64,000 nucleotides of DNA from Antedon mediterranea (lineage: Eukaryota > Animalia > Echinodermata), in NCBI RefSeq assembly GCF_964355755.1, contig NC_092673.1, positions 1,054,001 through 1,118,000 of the forward strand, given 5' to 3'. The position numbers were made by a program, and so were the translations under genes. Position 1 is the first letter of the stretch, and the number at the start of each line of letters is the position of its first letter. Shown piece after piece: positions 50,284 through 63,755 of the stretch. The notes under the pieces are model-generated. The model searched no databases and was not told the origin of the DNA. It was given only the letters and a program-made list of their open reading frames with translations.

Positions 50284-53200
50284 TTAGATTTATGGAAATA
50301 ATGATGATCTGTTTGATCTGTTATCATTGATGTTTGGTCACTGTCATGTTTACTCCAGAAAATTGACTTCAACGCCTTGTTTATTAGTGATTTGTCATTT
50401 TTGTTTACTTTCTTTAAAGCCCTAATGAAAGGTAACCTCATAAAACATCATGTAAAATAAATTGATATTCATAAATCATTTTTGTAAACGACGTAAAGCA
50501 ATTTCTTGATACCATAATACTTTTCAAATTGCAGTCTGTTAAATACTGAACTGCTCCAACTTATGTGTGTATAAATAGAATTAATTGGTCAAGAAAAAAA
50601 GCCAATTTCCTGTGAAATGATGTAGGGAACCATTGTTATTAGTAACATGTCTTATAATATATCAAGGTGAACTTAATAATAATTATTTTTTTGTATTTAT
50701 GTTGCATTGCAATGTTTCAAAATCATACCATTGGGGAAACGTTTATTTGAGGATACTCCAATGATGCATTTAAAATAGATTTATAAATCTTGGTAATCAA
50801 AAATTGATACTTGTTCCCAGGATGAAGGAAAGTAACATGAAAGTCACATTCAGAAATTGAAATCATTAATGTTCTTTTTTAGTCTTATTTTAATGTGTTT
50901 GTACCTTCAATATTTCAACATATTTGTTTATTACTTTTCTCTGTTGTAGATAGCTGGATGGCAACGATCGAGACAGCTGACATACATCCATTTGCTTCCG
51001 TTTCTTGCTTTGACTAAATATTTATCCACAGCAAGTCTTGTGCCAAAAGAAGACTGTGTTGATAAATGTTCAACAACTGTGTTCTGTTTGTATTTTTAAT
51101 ATATAATATAATATAATAATAATAATAATAATATAGGCCTATATATAATACAGTAAGAATATTTAATATTATTATTACACAAAATTGCTTTGGATTTTGA
51201 CGCATAAAAATAAGAAATGTTTTCTACCTGAAATTCTTTGTGTTGTTTTATTTGTAAGACTTAAATTATTACCTTCTTAATTATATTATTTTAAATTGCT
51301 TTGCTTTTAAAAATAATTACTGTACTATTATAAGCTATTTCCAATATATGTTTGCTGTTTAATGTTCAGTGATGAATACAAATGTCATTTTTAATTATTA
51401 TGATTTAAAGTAAAAATAATTTAGCATCTTTGAATTAAAGGACAGCCAAAAAATGTTACTGCATGAATTTGCTAAAAATAATCAGCAATGATTTGGACCA
51501 ATGACCAATCAAAAAAAAAAATTTCACAGCTGTCCCGATCCATTCAGATTTGATTGTACAATTATAAGGTTGTGTTATGCACTTTTTTTTACTTAATATA
51601 CTTTTGAACCAATTTCTTTAATTGTTGATAGTTTTATCGGTTAATGAGCGTCTCAGCTGTTTCCATTAGTACGTCGTTAGATTACTCATAATTAAAATTT
51701 CTTTCAAGATATTCTATAGCGATAGTAAGCATTTCATTGGATGACTTCAATGTGAACCTTAATTCTCATGTGTTAACTCATCCCCTTGGTAAATGAATTC
51801 AGTTGAGATTATGCAATAATGTTAACATACGCCGCTAAGCTTATCTTCATCCTAAATGGCGAAATATTATTACGGAGCGATGAAGCATGTTATGTCAAAT
51901 GATATCGGAAACTTTCCCTTTTGAATTAATTTACATATTGCCTTCACCTGTAGTGTGAATCTGGGTTCAAATATTAATATTTGCATTAAATGTCACTTAA
52001 CAGTAATCAAATTTAGAACTGTAACAGCCAAATTATGCTGAGAACCTTGACAAAATATTACATTGAAATATATCATTGCGAAATGGAAAACATTAGTGTC
52101 AAATATATAATTGTAAGTTACAATTATGTTTGATCTTCGGGATGTTGTTAAAAATTAAGATGAGATGAAATTAGAAATGGCTGAATATTGGGATGTGACC
52201 TTTTGAGACACGCCGAAGCATACAGGTAAAAACATCAAAGCTACTCAAGTAGATCACCTGTGACTAGTTCCCATTTACTGTCGCCTGTAATAATATTAAT
52301 AAAGAAATGCAGTTTATAGTCAGTTAATATATATTTTATTTATGCGAAACCTGGCTCCAGTGCCAAACAAATTTAAACTTAATGTTTGAAGTACGGAGAA
52401 AAATGCTCCGAGGGAATGCCAGTCATTTTGTAATGAAATTTTGTCGTGTATGGTGCACAGCTTGCCAAGACGATCAACTTCTCTTCGTTAACGGTTCTGT
52501 ATAATGTTTCCAATTTGATTCATTTTAACAGATAAATTTACCTTTTCTCGTTAAAAGGTTTAAGATAACTGAACTTTGACTGATACACCAGGTGACGGTT
52601 TAATATCATCTAATTTTATTTTCCTTTTTCATTTAGAAATTGATTGCTGTATATTCGCCATGAACTCTGCCAGGATTTCTAGCTATGTTTGCCATTTAAA
52701 ACTTGCTTTTTACATTTAATAGTTTTTTATTTTGTCAGTGAGTAATCGTATTTGATTTATAAGCACACAACCCATCATACTCTTGAGGTTGTGGTGTGTG
52801 CGCATATTTTCTTCTCTTTTTATTATTTTCCAATAATGATAATTCCATTATTTAGTGAATTGAATGTATAAAACTTATTAAATATAATACTTTTAAATTG
52901 AATACTGCAATAGCAATTTAAAACCTCTTCAGCTGTTACTAAGAGGATTGCAATTTTATCGTGCATTTAGAACATAATTTAATGGTGATAACTAATAATT
53001 TGGCCTTTTTTATACGACTATTGACAAGTTCCTGTAATTTCGATCCATTATTCAAGTATTTTTAGAGCCGGAGTTTATCCCGTCTTTCCACGGAATTAAT
53101 CGCTAAATCCGTCAATTGAGTAATGAAGTGCTGTTGAACAAATCTTGTCATGTGACCAGGTTTACATTCATTTTCCTCGTATTCACTTTCATATTATTTT

Positions 53201-55889
53201 CCATAATTAAAAATGACTACTTCTAACATTACTAGTTAAAAGCCTTTTAAATTAATATCTGTCAGATACAGTATCAGGCATGAATTTAGTACCCTAACCC
53301 CCCCCCCCCCTCTCCCCCTTTACAATTTAAAGGGGGAGTACTTATTCTGTTCTATTTCATCTTTTTGTACGACTTAGTTCAAATGGTTAAAATGCCAGAA
53401 TATCTCTGCTCACAAATAAACAAGTATTATTTCTAAGCCTCTTAGTCTTAGTCAACTTTTAAATATTTTACTTTTTTGTAAATCCTTGAATCGTCTGTTT
53501 TTATTATTTTAAATCAATTTGTTCTTGGAATTCCAGCTTTCTTTATATGTTTGACATTAGTGTACAGCTGTGTTAATCGATGTCTAAGAATAAAGACGTA
53601 TTTTGGAAAAAAATATTCAAATAAGAACTATTTCTCACAAAAAACGCTGCTTATCTCAAGATAACTACTGCCTACATGCATCTCAATATTTATCAGCAAA
53701 AGTTTTTTTTTTCCCCAAACATGCTTTTGGTTGTGTGCATGCATGCCCATTCCAAGTTTCCAAATACCATTTTTTCATCAGTAGTAAACTACAAAGTACA
53801 AGCTATCGCATGGGAACTGTTTCCTAATTCTTTCCGTACTCTTGAATATACTGCCTAAAAAAGCGGCGCGAAAACTTCCTTTTTTGACTTTAAATACTAT
53901 ATCCATCTATCATTGACTTTCCATCCATAGAATTTGAACATATTACAGCACTGATTAACTGTGTAACTGTCTTGTGTACACTAGCTGTCAGACAACTAAT
54001 CAATTATTGTATTGCATTGATTATTAATTGTTTAATTATGATTTCATTTATCAATAATCAACATTTTCCCTCTCTCAATATACATTTAACATTGACACTA
54101 AGAAACACATGATTCTTTGCAAAATCTACTAGCGACCTTTTAAGATTATTCTTTGATGTGAGGGCGCCATAAAAGCATGTACAAGTTATTGATCTATCCA
54201 TACTATATTTGTGTATGAACTTTGAACTCTGCTATTTATACTGGTATAGTATATTTTACTAATTTTTGTGAAAACAAAGGCCAATTTTTTTATGACAGTT
54301 TATTACATGTTTATCATTTATGATAAGCAGTTAAAGAGACTCTATTTTTTATCACCTCCATATATTTTCAAATTTTGCAATACAACATTTCAGAATAAAC
54401 AAAGGCAATATTCGCTAAAGATTTTATGCCTGAAATTGTGCAGCAGAATTGTAGATTCATGTTTTATACAAATATAATATTGAAATGGCATCTTTATTCT
54501 GCTGCAATAAATGCAGTAACTATATTTTGTATTTGTATGGTAATTGTTGCTTCTACAGTGAGAAATGAAACCAAAAAAAAATCATACATTATTGTAGTAA
54601 ATGTATAGTTACTGGAGTAACTGCAGTAGAATATTTTGGATATGCTCAGGCACCAGAGAAATGGAACCAACTTCCTTGTTCCATCCGTTTACACTACATC
54701 CCTTTTTCACTTCAAATCTCTCATGAAAACTCACCTATTTAAATAGCTATTCTTTTCATATTTCGCTGTGAGACTCCGATAAAGAGCGCTTTAAATGTTT
54801 AATATTATTATTTTTTATGATATCATCCCTAAGTTAGATGGATATCTTTAATCAATAAATATAACATTAGTTCAATAACATAATCTTTAAAAAGGTAGCT
54901 TTTATCCAAATTTAGGACTGCCAAATATGATGGATGTTTTGCTATACATTGCTAGCTGCTTCCATAGGTCAATAGCTTTTAACTTAACCTTCCTTACTAA
55001 TCTTATACTTCCAGCGTGGATTACAGAATGTGTCTTAGATGATGTATTACAGCGTTGAAGTTCATGTGTTTTAAAAACATCTGCTACATAAAGGTAATGT
55101 AATGATTATTTGTAGAAGTTTTTCAGACTTGAGAATCTATTTTGATCAATGATACCAAGATAACCTGAAGAACATCTAGATATTTAGCAAGTTTGTCGTG
55201 CTTAGCACTTGCTTATTGGTTTTCAAAGCGGCCAGTTAGTAATCTTGATCTACCGGACTCTATTACACCATATCAGTCCTGCAACACTTGATTCCCAATG
55301 CTGTATCTCCACATACTATCTATTTCCGAAGTAGGGTGCCTGTATCAATGGTTAAGGGTTATGTTACCACTATACATGTGAAAAATGTATTACCAAATAT
55401 TCCTATGATACTTCGGAAATATACAGTATACAGTACCAAGAATCTGCTGCCCGCAAAGGGGAATTTAAATAAATTTAAAACTTCAAAACTGTTAGTTGGA
55501 AATTTTGGACCCCATATTGGAACAAGACACATACCATATTTCTATACAAAATGTTTTTTTATACCGATTTTGAGGATATGCAGTATAAAGTCCAGGTTTG
55601 TTATTCATTTTCCATCATCAATTGAGTGTCACAGATCTAGGAGTTAGCTAACATAAAGCCGGCTTAAATCACAATCAAACGTTGATGGCAAATCACTCTT
55701 GACACTAAATAAGTAGTCTGTTGAAATCCAATCTATCAATATTCATTTACCTTGTCATGAACACCACAACAGTATTGAATGTTATTGATGTATGTTAGGT
55801 GTACATTAAAAATAATGCTGAACACTTGATTGTATTATGTTATATAACATTCACATTAGATCATAGACCCATACATTAGGTTTGAATAA

Positions 55890-56066
55890 AGCTCTGTCTA
55901 CACTATCAAACTAGTTTGACAACAAATGTGATGTGCCCATATATTGACATGATGATGTCATATCACTACCATTTGGGCATATCACTACCATATTTAGGCA
56001 TTTCACTACCATATTTAGGCACATCACACTTTGTTGTCAAACTAGTTTGATAGTGTAGACAGAGCT
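55890..56066. mobile_element. MITE family A (PIF/Harbinger-like), most complete copy
   Basis: TIR AGCTCTGTCTACACTATCAAACTAGTTTGACAACAAA with TAA/TTA flanks; internal 21-bp subrepeats of the ATATCACTACCATATTTGGGC type. Confidence 0.85.
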
Positions 56067-56299
56067 TTAGCAAGACAGGACTTAATTACAATATTTTTTC
56101 TTTTTTTTTTCTTTCATTTATTTGGCATCTCAATACATAACATTAAAAATACATCAATAATATATATAATCACCTTAAATATTAAAATACATCAAAAAAG
56201 CAAATAAAAATGGCGGGATTAATGAAGTCTGACGATGCACGGGAAAACACATAAAGTCGTTTAAAGTAAAACAACTTAATTCCAATGTGGTCCCTAAAA

Positions 56300-56584
56300 A
56301 GATAGTAATTATAATTTTATAATTGATATATTTGATATTTCTTAAATAATTTATATAATCTATTTTTTACTTGTTTTTTTAGTTTTAAACATGTTAAACT
56401 TATGTGTTAGAGAAAAGATATTAGTTTAATTGTTGTTTTTTTGGAGTTTCTAATTGTGTTATATTATTTATATTTTATTTGTTTTGTTTTGAGGAGCCTA
56501 TTCACAACAAGCTTTGCTTTCTTTTAGGCTCCTCCACTTTATATATTTGTAAAGTGAAATAAATAAATGAATGAATGAATGAAA
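56300..56584 (+). mobile_element. L2-like LINE/SINE 3' end with stem-loop and (TGAA)n tail
   Basis: GAGGAGCCTA...TAGGCTCCTC hairpin, then AATAAA and TGAA repeats; 5' limit approximate. Confidence 0.6.
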
Positions 56585-56988
56585 TATGCTTTATTAAAAC
56601 ATGACACACATAGGATGAATGTTTTTTTCAGACCTATAGTTATATTAGATTTTAGATTTCAAATTTCTCGATATGTGATTACTTTGTTAGGACCCTGCAC
56701 CTAAAGGCTTGGTTATTCATAAGTTTCCTTTTCCACTCACTGATCTATGGTACTAACTACTATTCTCTCTTTAAAAATATTCTTATTTACATAAAAGCAA
56801 TACAAAATGATTTGTGGGAAAAAAAAGTGAAATAAATATAATAACAACTCCCTGCTACAGCTACACAAATATATTAGACTTTTAAGGCTTTTAAGTGGCA
56901 GGAAATAACATTCTAATATAAATGGACAGATTATTGTAAAATTAAAAATCTCTTGAAAAGCACAATAATAATTTGTCATCCCTCATTT

Positions 56989-57154
56989 ATTCAGTCACAA
57001 CTTAACACATTCCCATGATACTGGTGAGTGTTTGGAGCACATGGTAGTACCGTCCTATACTCGGTCAATGTGATTCAGTCACAACTTAACACATTCCCAT
57101 GTTTACTGATGAGTGTTTGGAGCACATGGTAGCACCCTATATCGGGTCAATGTG
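56989..57154. repeat. Tandem duplication, period 84 bp
   Basis: ATTCAGTCACAACTTAACACATTCCCATG...CGGTCAATGTGA occurs twice. Confidence 0.85.
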
Positions 57155-58134
57155 ACAATAGGCATCACTTTTAGGCATCTGTTTGGGCTGTAGACAGATG
57201 TAGAATACCATAAGGTAAGGCTTAAGATAAATAGCACAAATCTGTACATCTGTTTACCTACATTTATCACCACTAAGTACTACTACTACTACTACTCTTA
57301 CATGTATCGTTTCTTATTAATGTTTGGAAAAAAAAATATATGAAATTAAGAACAAAGGTATGAAATAGGAAGTTGGTGTACACCAATCCTAAACTTTCTG
57401 AATCTGAGAGGATTATTGCTTTAGAGAGAGAAATATATGTTCCTTCAGATCTCCTATAGAAGATGATTTGTTCCATTTGAACCTTTTACAGTACAAAAAA
57501 AAAATATAAAAAAAAATAATTTAAAATATTGAATAGAATACATTTTCTTGGCAGCAAAAACAGGACAAATTTTAGTAACCAGTTATTCTCTGCTTCAATA
57601 CAAAATAATGGTTATTTGATTTGACAACCGCAGACTTTATTTCAACAACACTTAAGTAACATTTGAATTGACCATTGAATTTCTTCCACTGATTTAAACC
57701 GTTACTTAGGAGCACATATTTAGCAGAAATGCTATATAAAAATTATATTTTAAATCTATTTGAAATAAACAATTTATTTGGCGCTATATGGCAGAAACAA
57801 ACCCATATGTTCTTATAGAATTGTTTTTGCTAGGCATATATTGTATCTACATCCAGATTGGATTTGACATTTGATTGGTACATATGTCAGGTGTTATACA
57901 GAAGGATTATTCAAGATTTATCAGCTTGATATCATCTGGCTATGTGCATGGTTTATAGCATTAGTTTCATGTCCTTTATACCATTGACCTTGTCAACAAA
58001 GCTGATGTAGTAAACAAAACAAAACAAAACTATCAATAAAACATATATCATTCAATTTGGCTTTTTTCATTGGCAAATGTTTTTGTTTGGCACCTTCAAC
58101 CTCCACTAGAATACATAGATAGATTGATTATTAA

Positions 58135-58690
58135 ATGGATGGATGGATGTTAAGAATGAATTGATGGGATAGAATTAGATGGATGTACGGGAGTGGGTTA
58201 GATGGACAAGAGATGGATTGTAATAGATGGACGGAAGATGTATGGATGGACAGATAGATGGTATATTCATTACTTGTGAAACTGGGTGAGTGGGGAACAC
58301 AGGCTTTAAGTCATAGTGATTAGGTTCGCTTTTGTGTCCCATGCCAGCTCACTCAGTTAGTTCTATTGTTTTTTTTGTATGTCGTGTTCTTCATGTATTT
58401 TATATTTGGCAATAAAAGAATAAGAATAAGATGGACCGGAGATGGACGGGAGAGTGATGGATGAAAGGGATGTTAAGAATAAATGGATGGTGGAATGAAT
58501 GGGATAGAATTGAATGGATGGACAGGAGTGGGATAGATGGACGGGAGATGGATGGACAGGAAGATGGATGGGAGATGGATGGATGGACAGATAGATGGAT
58601 GGGAGATGGAATGTTAAGAATGAATAAATGGTTGAATGGATGGGATAGAATTGAATGGATGGACTGGAGTGGGATGGATGGATGTATGGA
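58135..58690. repeat. Degenerate (GGAT)n purine-rich simple repeat
   Basis: Directly visible; produces the spurious ORF 58461-58745. Confidence 0.9.
58275..58430 (+). mobile_element. Retroposon 3' end inserted in a GGAT microsatellite
   Basis: AACTGGGTGAG...CTCACTCAGTT stem-loop, then AATAAA and a (TAAGAA)n tail. Confidence 0.5.
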
Positions 58691-59124
58691 ATGTTTATTT
58701 AAATCATTAAATCAAGATGCACATTATATGATAATATACAAGTGAATAAAAAAGAAAACTGAGTAACTAATACCCGAGTATTATGAGATTTCCTGTTAAA
58801 GGATTAACTGTAAAGTAATGGATAGAGATGTTATTATGAAAACCTGTAGGCCATCATGTACTGGACATGGAATCATGTACTACTAGCTACACTATATCTT
58901 GTACATTATTAGCTCTTTTAAATAGGATAAACAAGAGGAAGTGGTGGGGTGGGGCTGCTGGCGGCTGGCTATACATGTTCTATTAAAAATGTTTCACAGC
59001 ACAAAGAGTGGCATTTGGATATCATGCTGTAGGCTATTGAATGTTCAAAATTGATAATGAGAATGTATTCAATCACAAATTTTCTAGACTACTGATAATT
59101 GAGCTTTTAACGTAGGCGGTTTAA

Positions 59125-59287
59125 AGCGCTGTCTACACTATCAAACTTTGTGTGTCAAAAAAGATGTGATATGCCCATATATGGACTGATGATGTCATGT
59201 CACTTAAATATTTGGGCATATCACTACCATATTTGGGCGCATCATACTTTTTTTTGTCAAAGTAGTTCGATAGTGTAGACAGAGGTT
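59125..59287. mobile_element. MITE family A copy
   Basis: Same TIRs and subrepeats. Confidence 0.8.
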
Positions 59288-60009
59288 TAGATTGCTTTCC
59301 CCTCTCACTAAACGATGCTTGGTAAAGTATTGATATCAACCTTCTTCTTAAACCAGAAGCCCTTTTTATTTATGGCATTCATTTTATTGTTACAGTGTTG
59401 TTCAGACTAAAAATACTGTTTATTTAATATGTGCACTTTGTGACACTTTAGGGATTTTAAACAAAATATTTTCAGAAATAAAGAATATATTAAAAGTTAA
59501 TCCTGTAACTATTTAAAAAGAAAACAGATCAATAAAATTTACATAAGATAGAGGCTTGATTTATAGCAGCCAGCAGACCCATCGATTTGTGATGCCAATG
59601 ATGAGTAAAAAATATTTTAATATTGTACAATCATACCAGTAATTGTTATGTATCATTATTTTAAAGTTTTTTTCTTTTCTGACTCATAGTTTAAGTATTT
59701 TGAAAAATAGTATTTACAACTACTGTAGCACTACAATGCCTTGCTAAAAACTGAAAATAATAATAATAATTTTCTTCTGGCACTAGCACTACACAATGTC
59801 TAATTGCTAAAGCAAAAAATAATAATTTTCTTCTGGTTTGAATAATAAATGTTACCGTCTCGCTATGCCAATACATGGGCATAATTCACTTCTCTCTTAA
59901 TCTACTTTTTTCCTTGTTTAGTGAAACCCAAGTGTAAATGTCTTGTACCCAGAAGCACTGCACATGTAAATATGTAATTAGATCAAAAAGTCAAGGCAGG
60001 TATCTTCTA

Positions 60010-60232
60010 AAATTCCATATTTCTCCTATATTACACCACAGCCTTAAGACATTCATACAAAGGCATTGCCATTACTACCATAGACATTCCTCTACTAAAC
60101 ACCCCACAAGAAGAATCCCAAAACACTACCAATGCTGGGATTATTTGCCCCTCTGTACCTCACCCCAGGCGTAAATACTTAATTTCACTGTCATTTGAAT
60201 TCCATGTGAATGTAGTAAAATTGAATTGAATC
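60010..60232 (+). mobile_element. Degraded LINE 3' fragment
   Basis: Remnant TFIQRHC...W.YLP resembles a LINE ORF2 C-terminus; short TTGAA tail. Confidence 0.4.
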
Positions 60233-61379
60233 TCAAGTATAATTTCAATACATCACAACCCAGAAAGACATAAATACTTTTTCTTTTTTCTGCACCATAT
60301 TTAAATTTTTTTTGAGAAATTCAAAAGATTGACGGCAAAATATCTAATTATTTATTTTGAGAAATTTAAAAGATCAACAGCAAATATGTAGTTTATTGCT
60401 CCTAGAAAATTGTGGACTGGAGATTGGGACAGGCGAAGTTTAGTGTGATTTGCCATCATCCACCATCCTGGTACAAAGTAACTAGTAACTCAACTATAGA
60501 GAAAGCTAGAACACATTGATTTTAAAACTTTTTTTTTCATATTTTACTTAACAAAGGAAAATGTTTTATTTGCAAAATAAAATATTTTCTGTGTATCTTT
60601 GATCACATTTTAAAATTTAATAGCGCTGAGAAACAATAAAAATATATTGACATATTATTATCTACAGTGTATTGTGAAATACATGTACGGTAACAACAAT
60701 AAAACAAAGTAATTTGGTTGTGTGGTTATATTTTATATACAGTTCATATACTCTGTTATATAATGTCTTACTACATAAATAAAGTTAACATAAAAGGCAG
60801 TACTATATAATGCGTTATCATATCTGTATAAACTACACCTTGCATAAATTTAAAAGATATTGCTTTATTAATAAATAAAATCATATTTTATAAACATTTT
60901 TTTTAAAGAATATCTTTGTGCTTAGCATGGCGACTTATTTCACTGTGTGTTTAGTAGGTGTCAGAGTTACAAAATGTTTAGCCTAATAAAGAAACTTCTT
61001 TGAGGTTTGAACCCGTAGGATGCTGATTGCGTGAACTGGGTATAGCACTTATACTGTATATTATTATTTATACTGTACAAGTAATAGTAACTTTTTTTTT
61101 TTAGAATTTTATAAAATCTGGTACACTGCACTTAAAGCATCATGAACTTTTGAAACGCCCTCTTGTGAAACGATCTTCCATGGCTTGTGGCACTTGAAAC
61201 CCAATGCTATGTATGAAACTTGTTAATTCTGCCGCCAGGAGCAGATCAAGGTATTTCTGTACTTAGGGTCAATGTATTCTGATTGGCATTCACTTAGGTG
61301 TTGGATAGGTATTTCTTTCTATTTAGGATGACACCCAAGGGATTACTTTACTTTCAATGATTTAACAACTCATTACATA

Positions 61380-62181
61380 AGCCCTGTTTCTGCTGCCAAG
61401 AAAATACCATATTTTATACGGTATTTTTTTAATACCGTATATATACCGTATTTTTTTGGCAGCAGAAACAACGCTCATAAAAAAAAATACCGTATTTTGT
61501 ATACCGTATTTTCCCCCAAAAATTTGTGGATAAAATACGGTATTTACAAATTTATACCGTATTTTTTGTACCCTTTTCTGCTGCCAATAAAAATACCATA
61601 TTTTTTTTACCTGTGACATGAGGTCAACATCGTGTTTTTATTTTCTGTCGCTGTCAGCTGTTTTACACACGTGTATAGATATATTCGGCGAAAGTGTGGA
61701 GCGAAGACGTCACAGTATTTACTATATAAATCTGTGTGGGGAAGGAGGGGGTGGGGAAGCTAAAATGTCCGGCCAACTAAAAGGTAATAAAAGGGACAAC
61801 CACATTTATAAAGACATTTCTAAAAAAATAAAGCAGCAGGAGTACGGAATAGACTTGTCTCCAAGCAAGTAAATTCAAAGCTGAAGAGCCTGCGAAGCAG
61901 TACAACATTGCAAAAGACAATAACTCGGGGAGGGAACGAATTACTTGTCCCCATTACTATTTTTTCTGTGTTCTCACAACATCTCTATCTCATATTGAAA
62001 GTGAGACGTAAAACTTCCTTTATTGCGACTCTTAATTATCGACCAAATAAATGAATGGCAATTTGGGTAAAAAGGATGAAATGTAACACAACCACCCAAG
62101 AAGTATTGTTAGCAGAAACGGGTACTAAAAAATACCGTATTTTTATACCGTATTTTGAGCAGTTGCAGCAGAAACAGGCCC
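61380..62181 (+). mobile_element. 802-bp PIF/Harbinger deletion derivative with a Myb/SANT-like ORF remnant, ATA TSD
   Basis: ATA-AGCCCTGTTTCTGCTG...CAGCAGAAACAGGCCC-ATA; subterminal ATACCGTAT repeats; frameshifted Myb/SANT-like coding remnant at 61691-61960. Confidence 0.8.
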
Positions 62182-62259
62182 ATAGAAGACTATTCTATAC
62201 AGTTACACATTTATGAGAAATTCTTCTCCAATCCCAGATTTCCTCATCTTTTTTTGTAA

Positions 62260-62410
62260 AGCTCTGTCTACACTATCAAACTTTATGCGACAAAAAATGT
62301 GATGTCCCCATATATGGACATGATGATGTCATATTATCACTACCATATTTGGGAATATCACTCATGTTTGGGTTGGTACATCACACTTTTCGGTTTGGTA
62401 GTGTAGTCAG
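62260..62410. mobile_element. MITE family A copy
   Basis: Left TIR intact, right TIR degenerate. Confidence 0.75.
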
Positions 62411-63755
62411 ATTGGCCTGTTGTTTAAACTTTCATTCTGATAAAAATAATTATGAAAACATTCAAACACATACTATATATTTCTTCTGCATTTTAATAAC
62501 AGTTACAATATTTTAAATGATTAGTAAGAAAATCCTACTTTTTGCAAAACTTGTTGTGTTCAACTACTGCACACCAACATTTTGAGGGGTTTTTAAAAGA
62601 TGGTAATTATAAACTTATTTGTTTTTAGGGAAAACTTCTAATGAGTTTGTGTAATTGTTTTTGTGTTGGTTTTGTAAAACAGCCATTATATTCCCATGCT
62701 CTCACAACACCCTTGATCTTTATATGAAACAAACAAATTGGAAGATGGTTTCAATCAAGTTTATTGGCTTTCATAATGCTTGACGACAGTAAGGTCGGCT
62801 GAACTTTCCTCATTTTAGTATCGCTCATTTCAGTCTCAAACATGCTGTGAAATCATTTTGGTTATATTTAATAATGACTTTAATTTAGTAGTATTCTCTA
62901 CACACCACATTATATATTAAACTTTTTTTTCATGCACTTTTTTAATCCTCAAAGCAGATTTCTATGCATCAACATTATCAAACCTTAATTTTTGCGTTTG
63001 TTTTAGGTCATACAAGCAGTAGGTAACATTGGCTAGATATAAAAGTAGATTATTATTCATATTATCTTTTATTTCCGAAAAAATAAAAATACAGTGGCAC
63101 CCAAAAGCTGAAATAAAGTATCTTTTAACAATTAAAAATTCGATAAATGAACAGCACTACTAGATATTAATACACTTACTTAATACTAAAAAAAAACTTA
63201 ATAAAAATCAAAAAACCATACAAAACAACAGAATTCACTGATACAAAAATATCAATATCTATGTAAAATATCATTACCATACAATATTCACAATTTATAA
63301 AGTAAAAATGAGTATCATTTATGAGATACAATATACAAAAGAGCAATTCTGTGTGTGTAACTAGATCATAAATGCGTCAAGAAAAAAATTAATTGAAATA
63401 CCAAAGCATACCAAACAAAATTAGAAGATTCTCTTGATTGAACACATCTTGATAACATTCATGTGTTTTCTTACTGTACACCTGCCTCGTGTTTGCTGGA
63501 TATTAAAAGAAAAACATTTTCATTGAAATCTGAAAATTCCACATTCTTTAATTATCGTATTGTATGAGTACTTCGATTAATAAATCATAATTATTTGATA
63601 AAAATATGATTCATCGTAATGTGCAATAATAACCTCTTTTGAATCTTTTACATTTAATTATGATTATTATTCATGTCATTATAGTTCTAATTATTATACA
63701 TTTTATTATCATTTATTATCTATATTAATGCTAAACACCCTTGAAGTTGTAAATT

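Noticed and set aside
55288-55647. 119-aa ORF
   Set aside because: Non-ATG start, no domain and no convincing splice sites; consistent with chance.
58461-58745. Trp/Met/Asp/Gly-rich ORF
   Set aside because: Translation of the (GGAT)n simple repeat.
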